A DNA stretch of 64,000 bases from the NCBI GenBank assembly GCA_976226885.1, contig OZ320314.1, forward strand, positions 119,908,001-119,972,000, given 5' to 3'. The position numbers were made by a program, and so were the translations under genes. Source of the DNA: Iphione sp. A-MEVVRFRX5 (Eukaryota). Below the pieces are notes generated by a model. The model ran no database searches. It saw only the letters and a list, made by a program, of their open reading frames with translations, and was not told the origin of the DNA. Positions 11,424 to 26,400 of this stretch are shown piece by piece (within the stretch, counting starts at the first letter, position 1; every line of letters begins with the position of its first letter).

Positions 11424-14400
11424 ATGGACAAGGAAAAAGCTCGTTTATTATGCATGGCTTTCGTGATTGCCAACATGTGCGGCCAAGCAGGTGAGTTACA
11501 TGGTTAAAGAGTTTGGATCTGGGTGCTGGAGGGGGGGGGGGCGGAGGAGGCGGGAGTGGAGCATTAGAACATTGAAAAAAATGACAGTAATCAGTGCATC
11601 ACCTTTGATTGAAGAATATCTGTGTTTCGCCAGTCTTGTTTTATTTCACCATTCTTCCATGTTGGCTCATTCCTTCTTGTCTTGGAGAAAAGACGGAGGT
11701 GTGTTTGAAGAGGTAGTGACTATATATTGTTCACATTTCAGCAATCGCGCAGGCCGTCAATGCTCGCACGCCGATCTCTATAGTCTTTGTTATTGAGATT
11801 GCAAGCAGAATCACCACCCCCTCTGCATCGACGTTTGTTTTTACTGATCATGTAGGAGACATAATTTTTTGATGCAGTCCAATGTTAGAGGAAAATCCAT
11901 TCTAAACTTAAAGATTAAAAGGCTGATACCATGAGATCCTTAGCCCCACCCCGCCCCCCCCTCCAAACACACACACGGCAACTTTGTAGGCTTTGAAGTC
12001 CGGCTTCGGTGATTTTTTCTCATCTGAATTAGCCACTTTGTGAATATCTATTGTTCTGATCATCTAATCACTGGTAATTCGGTACACTTAATGAGCCAGA
12101 ATGTATTAACCTTAAAATCTAGATTTTGTAGTTTCATTTTTAGAGGAGCCGTAAATCGAGGTATATCAAAGGCCAACATTTTTTTAAATCAAACCACTTA
12201 TTTATCCTGAAAGTATCATTTAAGTGTTCTTATTTTCCTATAAGTATGTTAATTTCTTTTAATACATACAGATCTTAATAATTATTCACACATCACCTTG
12301 TAAAACAAGTGTTAGTTTTTAAACACTTGTTTTTGCTGTAGGTGAACTTTTCAAGCCTGCTGCACCAAAGCCTTTGCTAAGTTAGCCCCCCCCCCCTTGA
12401 AGCAAGAGGGTATAATATTACAATGTAATAATAAAAACCTTTTTCTAGTCTATTGCCCTAGGGAGAGAGCTTTTTATACCATCGAATCATACACCAATAT
12501 ATTGTCATGTTGTAGTTAAGCAAGTGATAAAAAAAACTCCGGAGCTCTGCGCAGGGGAACAACAGAAAATACAACATACTATAATACCTTCACCACAGAC
12601 CAAAGGGTGGCAAAAAATACTGTCATGAGCATTTCGAGAATTAATATGTCTGTTTGTATGTACATGTCCATTGTTTCCTCTGATGCAGTGAGGATTTCTT
12701 TAGAATTGGATATCTTGCATTGCACACATTTCTAAACGAAAATCTCGCAACAAACCTTTTATGAATTCTGCCTTTGAGCTTGTTGGCTACAACTTTTCAG
12801 CTTGCATTTGACCAGACAGTGACATTGCCACCTTCAAGTTCTGTTTTAGGCTTAATATCCATGTACACATGTTTTCGCAACTGTGTGTTTTCATGGTAGA
12901 TTTTGGTTACACGGGATAACTGTGTTTCTATGCAAGATTTAGCATGTCCCATGTAGCCTGTTCATGTGTACCCTATTCTAAAAATGGCACAAGTGTCCCA
13001 ATCTGTCAGTTTTATGGCTGTGAAGGATATTTTAATGGGTAATTATGTTAATTGAATGAGGTATATGCACACATGGAAATCGAGCCTTGTTATTGATGGT
13101 TATGCCAATAACCAACCACCACCGACTGTAACGCACAGTGACTTAAACCACCAGACATTAGTACAAGGTTAAGAAGCCACTATGCATTCTCTTAGTTATC
13201 AGATTATGAATTCATTCCTTTTTAAATACAAACTAGATCAAGTAAATATAACAAGAGTTTGAGACTATTTTTGTGATTTTTCTCTAAGAACATTTCCATT
13301 TATTCTCTTTTCTTCGTCTGACTCTCTGAACTGAGAAGGGTCCATGAACCAGTGAAACCACGAGTTGGAAATTCATGATAGCTATTTAGGTTAAGCAGTG
13401 TCCTTTCTTTGGATTTGTCACAACACGTACACTCATGAAAATTAACGGTTATCATTCATAATCTTGTTATTGGCTTTCACGTTATGAAAACGGTCCGATG
13501 GGACGATAATTGGACGAAATAAAAAGCAGTCATCATTATCATTATTATTATCATTCTTATTATTATTATCATTATTATCATTATCATTATTATTATTATC
13601 TTGTTGAACAGTCTCCTACAACTCGGAGGCGGCCGTGCACGCGTATATCCTCGATGGTTACAACACCGACGCCCGCCCCGGACTCAACTACACCTATCCC
13701 CTCTGGGTGGGCACCGAATTCGTGCCGATGCGACTCAAGGAAGTGGTGAGTGAGGGGATTCCGTTTACTACTACGTTCTGGGATACTTACAGTAGAACCC
13801 CTGTCAAGGACAACCTCAAAATGGGGTCAAACTTTTGTTTAAAAAAATAGGACCAGATTTTCAAAGAAGCAAAGCATTTTCCTCTATTTTTTATGTTTCA
13901 TCAAGTCTCAATAGAGGGACAACCTTCTAACAGGGACCACCTCACATTGGACAACTTGTTACTAGATCATAAAGTCTCACAAATAGGACAACTTGTAGAC
14001 AATTGCAGGTGAAATAATCCTCAAAGAGGTCTAGAAGTATGGGGTTAAGCAGGCGGTTAACCACTGGTGGACATTGAATAGGTGTAATAGTGATAATGCA
14101 GGATTTACAATATTGGGTAAATTCATATGTTAACATAGGTACGATAGGAGATGTGATGTGTCAAGGGAGGTGTGAACTATCAAAGTTAAAATGGCCCACC
14201 ACATATCACCTTGAAACTATAGTCACTATTCTCTTTTTCTGTACTAAGGTTAATATAATCTCTGCTAATCAATTATTAACTAAATATATTATCTCTTACA
14301 TTTAGAATTGAAATATGAATACACGTACATGGCAATCATACTGTGCAAAGTTTGAGCAGCGAATCTGGCAGCCTTTACTTGAGAAAACAGGGGCTATTTG

Positions 14401-17400
14401 GTAAAAAGGATGCAAAAACAGAGGATGCATGGCAAAACAGAGAGGATTTATGGTAAAAACAGAGGTTGTGTGGCAAAAATGGAGGGATGTATGGTAAAAA
14501 AAAGATTGTATGGCGAAAATGAGGAGATGTATAGGACAACAGAGGGATGCATGGCAAAAAAGGGAATGTATGGCAAAACAGAGGGATGTATGGCAAAAAT
14601 AGAGAGATGTATGACAAATATTGCACAATTTGGAAATGAAGAATACAGTCAAATGCAATAGCCCGCATTGTGGTCCACCCATACTGTGGCCTTTGATTGT
14701 ACAGGTATATCTCTAACAAAGTAGATGTGTTCTATGAACTCCCTTAATTCGTATTGAGAACCTTCAATATGGGAAGCATGCCATTCCAGTAATAACTGTC
14801 CATATTTAAAACTTGATATTTGTAAGGTATGCATGTAGCCTCATTTAATAATGAGGCTGTGTTGCTCCTATTTTTTTCTGACACTATTTCAAAAAAGCTT
14901 ATGGCAAAAGAATTGCCTGAGGCCATAAAATCTCTAGGAACATCGCACCTTAATATTAAGATGTTTCACTCTTCAAGGGTTTGTTAACCCTTTCAGGACT
15001 GGGACAGGTTGGATATGTAATCACTATGTATCTAGAATACAGGAGTTTTGATCCTGCTACCGGATGGACATTTTAAGTAATGGCACCCATTAAATGCATA
15101 CAATATAAAACATTTTAAATCAATATGTATTTCTGATATGCATAATGAAAACTTATACTATTACTACTGTTTCAAATGTGTTCTTTATGGGGGAATAATC
15201 ACCTAATTTAGGGAAAATGCTATGATAAAATGTGCCCCAAACAATGCCTGCAGGCATCTTCGGATCACTTCTGGGGAGCAGCTGCAGGCATCTTCAGGAC
15301 CGAAGCAGGGAGTGCCTGTAGGCATCTCCAGTCAATATCATCATTACGAGTGGGAATACAAATAAAATCCGGATCTATGCACAGTCAATTCTCACATAGG
15401 AGACTACCACTGGGACTAAATAAATTTAATCTTTGTTGCTATGTGGCCTTGCCTTGCTTCCATATTTGAACATATGTGTTTGGTACAGTTAAGATCTGGT
15501 CTCTGCGGTGGTCTTGTCTTGCCTGGAGATCTGCTCTTCAAATGGTAGTTGACTGCGCTATAATGTAAAGCCCTTTCCGGATGGTAAAATGGAGCTATGA
15601 TGACTACAATGATGCAACCATGTGAAGACCAGGAATCGAAATGATTACTGTGCTGACATCCTCGCTGACATGACATCATGGGATGGTTGGTATTGTAATG
15701 TATGTTGCTCTATTGTGAGGTCAGTGATGTTGTTACACCACGGATACACCATGTTCAATTTTCACAGAACCATTTGCAGATCTGATAGGCCTACCTGGTG
15801 CTGGCCTAGTCTCTTTGTGCATCTTAAGTACAGTAGACCACATCATTTTGCAACCATTCCCTATTTCAGACCAGCTGAGATGGGTACCAAACTGGTTATT
15901 TCTATACATTTTATACTCTATTTACGACCAAATTCCTCAATAAGACCATTTGAGCTTCGTCCCAAGTGGTGGTCGTAAATAGAGACTCTACTGTACCAGG
16001 TATAGCTAAGCTGTACGGGCCTCTGTGGTCCGTGACCACTTCAGAACGCCTGGGGTGATTCCCCTCGATGTTTGTAATGATACTACGAACAAATTAATCC
16101 ACTGGCTCTGTTCAACAGTGAGATCTTTCTCCATCTCATGGTAGGATTCTTTCTTCGCTAGTCGGGAAGGTGCCTCCGCTACACAATCCTCACAACTGAG
16201 GATTACAATTTTTACCCCTTGATGCACCGGTTTTATTACAATGCCTCCTGCTTTAGGTAAGACTTTCAGGCCCACTTTGGCTTGGACAGGTTTTGTATGC
16301 GGGGTCCCATACATACAATTTCCAGAAACGGGGTAGTCCGTCATTTGAGTGAAAGATTCAAGTGAAGAAGGACCTGGTGGTGGTTGCCAGGGTTTGTCAG
16401 GTTTAAGGACTTTAGATTGATGTACTTTGTCTTCCCGTGATATGGGTATTGCGGGGGGGGGGGGTTACATCATCCGTCAACAGACAATAGGCAGCATGGA
16501 TCTATTGTACGAGTCACAACTTCATCGAAGAAGACCTGAATTCTCAAATTCCCACTGAACTTATATAAGTCATGTTTCTTGTCTACAGGGTGTGGTTTGG
16601 GTTGAACAATTTTATTCATAAACTCTGACACAGGCAAAACTGGTATATCACATGTTTGATATCATTGCGGAGTTATTGGTATTACAGAAGTGGGTTATGA
16701 CTTTCTAAAGGCCAGATCTTTGCTTATTTCGGTGGTGGGTGACTACCTCTCCAAAGACCACTCACATGCTCTTGGGTTTGGTGAGGGCTTTGCTGCGACC
16801 CTGCATGATCACTAACTCCCGTTCAGTAACGGAATTGCCCTGAGATGGGCGTTCCCTTTGCAGATTCGCTTCTTGTGTATTGGGCCTCTGTAATTCCTTG
16901 GAAACTCGGGTGCAGTCTTCCTCGTCCACTGTGAGATTCCCTGGCCCAGCGGTTTGGGAGCTCTGAAAAGGGGCTTGGGGTTCATTTCGGTTTTTTGCCC
17001 TTTGCTTGCTTTGAGAAGGGGGGGGGGTGATTTTAGGGCAGAGGGTTCGGAGGTGCACTGCTCTCGCTACTTAATCCAACCTCCTGGGTACCTTCAGGAG
17101 GGGTTAGAGTCAGACTGGACTTTGGAGTTCAGAGCTTTTGGACTCTGAGTTTTCTGTTTATGAAAGAAACTTAGTTCTGGCTGGTTGTAAGTCAGGAAGA
17201 CTGTCTAAAGTTAGGAGCTAAGGTTCAAAGTTTGTAGAACCCCACACGTTGCGTGAGGGATCATACAAGTATATCAAGCACCTTTCATATGCTTTTCCGA
17301 TCAGTATAAGCCTCCCTCACTAGGCGTTCTGCCACTGCCATCTTGATCGACAGTGATGCCAGTCAGCGGATGAGGCTATTCTTCCTCCATAAGGCTTCAT

Positions 17401-20400
17401 ATCCATGTATGTGTGTCTTCAGCGGCTTGGTGCCATAGCCGTGATGACATGCCGCTGTGTTTACGGTGCATACGAGTAATAAAAGTAGTAGTACTTCCTG
17501 GTGCATGGGGGGCTGTGCTGCCATATTTTGTGGCATGTCACCATGTTTTGGGGATGGGACATGTCCCATTTTTCATAGTGAGGTCGCCATGTTTTTGTCC
17601 AAGATTTGTCATCACATATTACTCAGGAAACTCCCCCCACCACCTTGTCGTCCACATGGGTAGATGACAGGAGTGACAGGTGCCACTCACTCGTGGCACT
17701 CAATCATGTCATGATAATGTGGCATCAGTGGATGCCCTCCTACTCCCCAAATGTGTATAAAAATAAAGGACAAGATGTGGTCATATACACTTCTCATTGG
17801 CGTGCCCTTGCTGTGGTGTAAAGGGGTGGCTTTTTTTCAATTTAAGATAAAGAATTATTCTGGAAATCGTACACACAGTAGATTGGGTACATAACATCCA
17901 GTTGGTGATAGGGGGATGAGATGACACAATCGGTTTGAGGTATAAAGTTTGATACTATTACAAGAATGACTTAGGATGAACTGCACGGTACTCATTAGTT
18001 CCGATATACCAATCACTGGTTGTTGGAGTTGCCAGGCAATGTTACCACAAAGACAGTACCTCGTAACATCTAACTTATCTGGACGGAGTTTGATATTGAT
18101 GATAACACCTTACATACAAATTATTCAAGTTATTACCAAGGTTGAGGGCCTTATCTCCCTAAGGCCTAATAAAAAAAGTTCTGTGTTTCCAGTAACCCGA
18201 CCTACCCTATATTAGAGTCAATTGTGACATTTTATTTTTTTCTTGTTTTGTGAATATCTCCAGCATTCATTTGAGTACTAGAAGTGGTGTTTGCAATGTG
18301 CATTTGTGACTTTCAGTATCAGGTAACATTGTAAAAAAAGAAAAATAAATAAAACACCACCTACCGACCGACCTTCTATTTTTTTGGCTTGTTACCGGCA
18401 ACACAGAACTTATTTTTAGGTAGAATCAATTGACTAACAAATGTCTCTAGGTCAATGACCTGTGACTCATAATCTTGTTTAAATACCCCACCATGTATTG
18501 GCCTATGTCCCTGTCCAGTAATACACGCTATCCGACCACACAGATCTATATAGATCAATGTGGGCTTATTAATGCCACTCCCATCTAGGCATGTATTTAT
18601 TACCCATAGTGAGTGCCTTCTCCTCCTTAAGTACTGTATGAAGGCATGATATCCATAATAAGATACCTCCAGCGGTACACCGAGCCATAATGTATGAACA
18701 CAATAATAGGTTGTCTTCTTAAATTTGTCTGATTTTTGTCTCGCAATTGCAATTCTTCTTCTCCTGTTATGTCTAACATATTTAGTACTAGTAGATTCTT
18801 CCTCTTAATTTTCACATTTGTAAAGTGTTCTTAGTAATGCAACATCACAGTTTGTTTCAATTTCAGCACATACTTTCAGCCTTGTAACCACAGCTTTATC
18901 CATGAATAAACAGTACAACCTTCTCCGTAGTGTTATCAATCACTCTTTATGCCTGGAAGATAAACTATGGGTCATAAAGGAACCGTGATCCATCACTGGA
19001 AGGGCCATTGTTAGAACCAATCGTTTCATAATATGGTTAGTAATAAATTTCTTTACATAGGAAAGTACCTGTAATTCATGGTAACCCTTCTGCAGAGTAT
19101 CATTCATGTAGGGGCCCCAATTTAATTTATTATCTAACAGAATACCAAGATATTGCATTCACTGTAGCATAGAGGAGCATGCGTCTGTTTTGCTGCTGAC
19201 AATCACGACATCCCTAACCTTCCTTCACACATCCATTGCCGTGTCAGGCATACCGAATCTGGGCTTGGAGTGAGGATGTCCTCTGAGTTAAGTGTCAGAA
19301 CCAATTCAGAGCATACGTCTGTTTTGCTGCTGACAATCACGACATCCCTAGCCTTCCTCCACACATCCATTGCCGTGTCAGGCATACCAAATCTGGCCTA
19401 GGAGTGAGGATGTCCTCTGAGTTAAATCCCAGAACCCATTTGGAGCATACGTCTGTTTTCCTGCTGACAACCAATGCACCCCTTGCCTTCCTCCACACAT
19501 CCATTGCCATGTCAGGCATACCGAGTCTGGCCTTGGAGTGAGGATCTCCTCGGAGTTAAGTGTCAGAACCCATTCAGAGCATACGTCTGCTTTGCTGCTG
19601 ACAATAACGACACCCCTAGCCTTCTGCCATACATCCACTGCCATGTCAGGTAGGTCGGGTCCAGCCTCAATTGCCTGTCTAGCAAAAGGAATGACAATCT
19701 GTGGTGTCTCCAAAACGATATTGTTGGTTTGCTGAGCCGATGCTAACTTTCCTGGCCTCAGGAGCCCAGAGTGTAGCCTCTGCTATGGCAACTAGCGAAT
19801 GTTCGTGATTTGTGTGTAATGTTCAATGTAAAGTGGTGATACAGTTTGTGCCGCCATCCACAACTTCCATCCCTTCTGGCCACATGGTGATTCACCGCTG
19901 ACTTTCAGTGGAAGAATTCACTCTGGTTCTTTTTTTCCCAAATACTGCACCATGGAAATAACAATTTTACTTGAGTTATCATGAGCCATGATGAGTAAAT
20001 TCACAAAAGTGTCTAGTAGGATTATTGTTGAAATCGCCAGGTTTTACAATCAAAGCAATGTCTGATCTACTAACCAAAGGTGAGCAGAAAATTTCACTTG
20101 TTTCTTAAAACGAACTAACAAACATTCATTTCCAAATAGTATTCACTCGTGTTCGGAGTCACAGTGGTTTTGTTCATAGAACAAGCGCTTTCATCGCATG
20201 CGCTTTCTTACTCTAAAAAAGGTTGCTTACTAATACAGTGCAAGGCATATCAGCATCATTCATATGGATACTATTGCTCACTCACATTGTTCATTCTATC
20301 CTTACTATCACTTGATGTATATAATCCAGCGCTATGTTGATCATGTCATGTATTGCTGTTTCATTAACCTTAATTCACCATGTGTTGCACATTGTGTAGA

Positions 20401-23400
20401 TACAGTAGAACCTCAGAACTGAGGGACTCCTGGGATATCCCTCAGCCTAGGAGACTTTTAGCTGACACAGCTTATTTGGGCTATATATGGTACTGCCCAG
20501 GACAGGGACATCCACTAAATGTGGATATTTTCATTTGGAATCAAGAGTGTCCCCAGTTCTGAGGTTCTACTGTACTTTCCTCCGTATATAGAACTTATTA
20601 CAGTGAAATGTTCTTGCATTTATGCCCTGTCACCATTTGGATTGCCAGGTAAAATAAAAGTAAAAAAAAAATTACCAAGCTCAGGTGATCCCCACCCTCC
20701 CCCCTCCCACCTATCCTGCTGCCAGGGGACAGTGGGGGGGGGTTGCTGGGGGAGGAGTAGGATAGCCCTGATACAACTGTCTCACTAGAGGAGGGATGGT
20801 TGCGGTTGGGGGTGAAAGTGAGGGCCCTGGCCAGGAGGAAGTGGCCGGACCGGCTGAGCTCAGGTAGTGAGCACCCTCCCACCCTGCCGCCCACCCTGTA
20901 GCAGGGCTGAAGCAGCCCAAAAAAGCTGAGCTTGGGTCATGACCCCCCTCCCACCCTGCCACCTGTTCTGTATCAGGGAGGTAGTGGCCGAACTGGCTAA
21001 GCTCGGGTAATCCGCCTTCCACCCTGAGGCCCACCCCACCACCCCTCTCAGCATGGTGATACACCTCTTACCAATTCATTTTCGGGCATCATGGGCGCAG
21101 GAGATGGCATGTCTGCACTAGCACTCACTAAGCTCACTAATGTCCATTTGGTGGTGGCATCCACTGCTGTTGAACTATTTTGGTCGTTGGTTTCTACCCT
21201 GAGTGTATGAAACAACAGTCGTTGTTGGTTTTGGTGTATCATATTGACAAGCCATCCAAGAAAGAAAATGATAAAATGAAGCAGTGGCACCTACAATGAT
21301 GCAACCAAGGGAAGACCAGGAATTGAAATGATAACTGTGATGACATCATCAGTGACATGATATCATCGGAGGATTGGCATGGCAGTGCATGTGGCTCCTA
21401 TTGTGAGGTCAGTGATGTTGTTACACCATAGGTACCTCTATGTTCAATTTTCACTGGGGTCAAATTGTGATAATCTGCACAAATATGACTTCTGTCTCTT
21501 CAGGCACTGACAAAATTGTGTGCCCATAGTAGGTTAGACACCTTTTCTTAGTTTCAGAGCTTCTTATATGTGTAAATAAGATTGTCTGAATTTTATGAAG
21601 GAGGTCCAAGGTCCTCAAGGTCCAATTTTTTATTTATATGAGAGACGTGACCTTCGGTAGGTCGAAAGGTGACACTGATGACCTTACTTAGACACTAGGA
21701 GTTATGGTCGGTACCAAAAACAAAGAAAGAAAATGGCAACCACTTTCTTGTGTACAGTGGAATCTCATCAATATGTACGGCATTTGGACTGGAAGGAAAC
21801 TGTCCATAAAAGGGGGTATCTTGAAAAGCAGGAATACCAAAGCACCCATTTGCAGTATTGAATCTGTAACGCGAAGGTTGTCCAGAATGAGGGATTCTAT
21901 GGTAAATAGTTTTTCCACTGATGCCAGTCACCAAGTATATTATGCAAGCTGACCACAACAGTAACAATACAACCTCTCAGGAAAGAAGCTTTTCTTGTCA
22001 ATTATAAGTAAGTACAAGTTGGCAAAATGTCAATAGATGTCTCTCTTCTTGTCAGTAGATGTCTCTCTTCAAACTAGTTGCTTGGAAATAGCTCCCAGAA
22101 TAACAATTGACCTATCACTGTCATCAATTTTGCCAATTATGACATCATAATAGAGCTCCACAATAAGAGTAAACCAACAAAGTGGCAGATATCTCCCTCC
22201 ATTCAGAAATTTGAACACCAGTATCTCAATAATTTCTGAATAGATTCTTTTTTAACTTAGTGGACATACAGTTATAGATGTTGGCTATTACTCAATAGAT
22301 CCTAGCATTATTTCAATGGGTAGAAGAATTAAAAATATAACTGTTTGTGAGGTTTACATAGTCTAATCAGCAGTGACCTCTAGCGTTTAATGTCATTGTT
22401 ATACTGCCATCTAGTGTCATCTAAAACAACTCAGCAATCAGTCAATTGGTATTTTTCTCCTTTAAGAATGAGAGGGAACAATCCGTGACAATGACGGGTT
22501 TATTTGCTATTGTAAGTACGTCTTTTTATATATCAGTACATGCATTCCAAACCTTCAGTCGCACCATAATTCATGTTTATTGTAATCATTGTAAAATGGC
22601 TTGGAAACCTATGAAAGTAGCACTGCCATTTGACCCCATTGGTTGTTTATTACTCATAAAATGTTTTTACACCTAATATAGTTTCACATCAATTATCGCA
22701 CGATAATATTGCATTAATTGAGAGAGCCCATGTGTTTGCAGTGTTACAAGAATCCCTTCTGCTACTCCTTGTACTATGTAAACAATAAATATTTGTATAC
22801 TCTGAGCATGTGCCAAATACACTGAGTGGATATGAGATGATGTTGATTAGAGAGTAGTGGGAGATTTAATTGTATGTTGCCTGGGATACCTGACCTGGCT
22901 TCCACCAGAATAGCCAATAGTGCAACAACAGTTTTGAATTTTCACCTGGAAGTTATGTTTTATGCGTATTGATTCCATTCTTCTACACATCATCATATCA
23001 ATGAAAGGTTGCAAGTTCTATGTAGAGCTTAACAGAATTAGCTTTTTATGGAGAACATTCTCTTTCCCCAAAAAGGCTTGGCAGGATCCTAAACTAAGTT
23101 GGAATCCAGCTGAATTTGATAATGTATATGAGATTACAATGGACCCTAAACGACATTGGAAGCCTGCAATTGGAATATACAACAGGTAATTATCTGAAGA
23201 CAATATATTACTCTAATATCTTTATGAGCACTTGTCTAACATATAAATGTATACATGTGCATATTCATCTTAGCAATTAAGTATGGCTTCACATGAAAGA
23301 TGTTGTAGATTAATCATGATCAAAAGGACACAGTCCTTTTCTGAGGTGAGAGTGTTTACCAACCTTTGACCAGAATATATAAGGTAGATTTGACATGATT

Positions 23401-26400
23401 TTTTTCATTATAATTCAGTTGAAACAATGATTTGAATGGTTTTTGTTGTTTCAACAATACACAACCTAGTTTGGTAGATGAAGACATGACAATGTTTATT
23501 TTCTTCTGGTTTAGTGAGTGTGTGTAGTGTGTAGAAATTTTGTTCACTATCAGTCTCTGAGTCAATGAATTATTTCTTATTATTAGTTAATTCTTTGAAT
23601 GTCTTTATAATGTATCTAACATGCATATGCTCCATTTGTTCTATTTGGTTGCTTTTGTACTCCCAATACTATGTTTCATTCCTTATTTCAATGTTGAAAA
23701 AGTGTAAATGACACTTGTCTGCTATTTACTTTTTTTGTAAAATCAAACAAACAATTGACTTGTTCCTATCTAGTAGAAATTAGGAATTTGCCATGATCTC
23801 TCGTCTGACCTTTCATGGTGATATACTGAAGAAAATACAGATGTTTCACTCTCCATAATGTTAGAATATTATTTAAAATGAAACAATTTTGGGGCACTGA
23901 AAACATACAAACAACAATAGACAGACATATAAATCATAAATGAAGATTATTCATAGTATACTAATTGCTGAAGCTGAGGAATGTTGGAGTATCTTCCTCC
24001 TATGATTTGATTTCTTGTGCAGTGTAAATTTATTACTTATTATGGCTTTCATTGCCGGGACTTGATACTTGAAGCCTTGTGATGATTAAACGTTCTGAAC
24101 ATGCATGCAGGAATCATCCAGTGTCCCCACAGATTCTGTTACTGCTGTCATGAGGTTCTAATAAAGCCTACACTGTACATGTATGTGTCAATAAGTGGTC
24201 ATCAAATATACAATACTATGTCTTCATGTTCCCAGTGCCGATGATTACTTCAATCCGGATCATATGAATGGTTTCTACAGCCGAATCAATTATCTTGGTC
24301 AGATTACCTGGTTTCTTGTTGGAGAGTATACCATCAGTTGCAATATGGACACTACCAACTTTCCCTTTGATATCCAGACTTGCTACATACAAGTTTCCAG
24401 CTGGAGTATGAACCGGAACAGGTTAATAATGTACACATGGGTAAGAGCTTCTGGTTTTTTTTTACACCAACACTACCGGATAAGTGCTGACTATGAAGAC
24501 TACTGATGGGTTATCATATACAAGTGGAATATAGAACCAAATAGAAGGAAAAGGAGGGTGAGAAACGATAAGAGTACATGTAAGAAAATACAGTGAATTG
24601 CATAGCATTAGTTTTGCTAAATCAAAATTGTACCTGTGATAAAAATATACACATATAGAAACTTTATTTACTACGATCTCTTACCTCTTTGCAGAACACA
24701 ATCAATTCTACCGTACTTCAATTGCACTTGGAACTTTCTATCTCTGTCTATATCTATCTATTTTTTTTTCTCTCTTCCTACTTCTCTCTCTACAGAAACT
24801 TCATACTTTAATGTGTTCCATCAAATCAAAAGGCTTTACTTTACTCTGTTTTCATAACTCCACTACTTACATGTGACAATTCATCCAGCAAACTTAAGGT
24901 AGGAAATTGCATACACAATGTGAATATGTGTTAGTACATGCAAGGTGCTACATGTATTTGTGAGAGAAAATGTGTACCCAAGAGTGTTTGAATGAGATTT
25001 GACATCACAGCAGCATTGCTAAAATTTCAACAGCAGAATCTCACTAACATATGCCCAATCAGTCAATTATATTATTTTTGAAAATGCATATTGTATGTGT
25101 CACATTTTGCCAAGCTATGGGAGGGGAGATCTCCCCACACTTGAACTTCAAGGCTTTGATTCTGTCTCCATCTCTTTCCTGTTCTCTTTTTCCTACTCTC
25201 TTTCACCTTTACTGTGTCTCTCTATCTCTTTCTTGCTTGTTATCCTCCTTTAAGGCAATGTTGTTCTGCCTGAAGAGCATTTAAATATTGATTTTCAATT
25301 TTTAAGCTGAATTTCCTTCATAATACCTCTATGGGAAAAAATTATCTGCTAGTGATATTTCTGATATGTCTGCTAGTGATATTTCTGATATGTCACTGGC
25401 AGATTGTATTATTTCTCATTTTCTTCTTCTTCCTCTGCCTTTTTTCTCATATTGAAAGTCTTCTGTCAGTCATCATGTACATTTTTTTTTAGTATTTTCT
25501 CAAAAGCAGAAAAAGTTAGTAAATAGAAGTAGTATCTGCCTGTCCCTACTGCAACAGATGTATCATACACTTAAATATTCTGTTTATTTCATAGGTTACA
25601 GGTGCTCTCAACTTCGAATTATTCGTACCAAACGGTCAATGGGAAATCACCAATTCATCAGCAGCAGTTCAAACATTTGAACCCCAAAGTGCTCCTGGCC
25701 AGCAGTTTGATTCAGTTGCTTTCTATTTAGTCATGAAGAGGAAGCACACCTTCCACCTCCTCAATACCATTGTCCCAATGGTGCTGGTAAGGCAGTGCTA
25801 AATTAATCCAATTTATAACATTAATATTGACCAATATAATTGACCCATCCCCTATGTACATGACAAGTATGCATGGAGACATGAAACAATGATATAGCCC
25901 AGCTATAGCAGAATCAAATTTGCAAGATGCTCAAAAGTGAAAAGACATGATATCCTTTAGGACATAAGGTGGTGATCAGTCAATTAGTGTTGGTTGAGAT
26001 AATATCTCAGATATTGATACAAATATATAAGGGTCAGTATTATGTGCTCAAATAGAATATGAAATGTTGTCTGTTTGGGTCTAAGTTTTATCAGTTAGTC
26101 TACATCAGTATACATACATGCATACATATCCACATCAACCACCATTTTCTCATTGGCAAGTATTGAGATAGTTATAGTGAGAAAACATTTCAGTGAAATT
26201 ACATCTTTTTCTATATTGGTGTACATATGGATAGGTTCCCATGTGTACATATCCACATCTGCATCCATGTACACTTCAGATGGACCATGAAGCCACCATG
26301 TACAGGTGTAGATATGTAACTGTGGATAACATATTTTTAGTCAGTTGTTCTTTATTTTCATAGCCCCATTTGTCTGTACATTTATCCACATCCTCACTAT

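Noticed and set aside
14649-14926. Minus ORFs with SHIEG (deaminase HxE-like)
   Set aside because: No PCxxC partner; overlapping short frames with stops.
19203-19713. Repeated minus-strand ORFs MPD(T/M)AMDVW..
   Set aside because: The repeat unit is 134 bp, not a multiple of three, so the frame shifts every copy.
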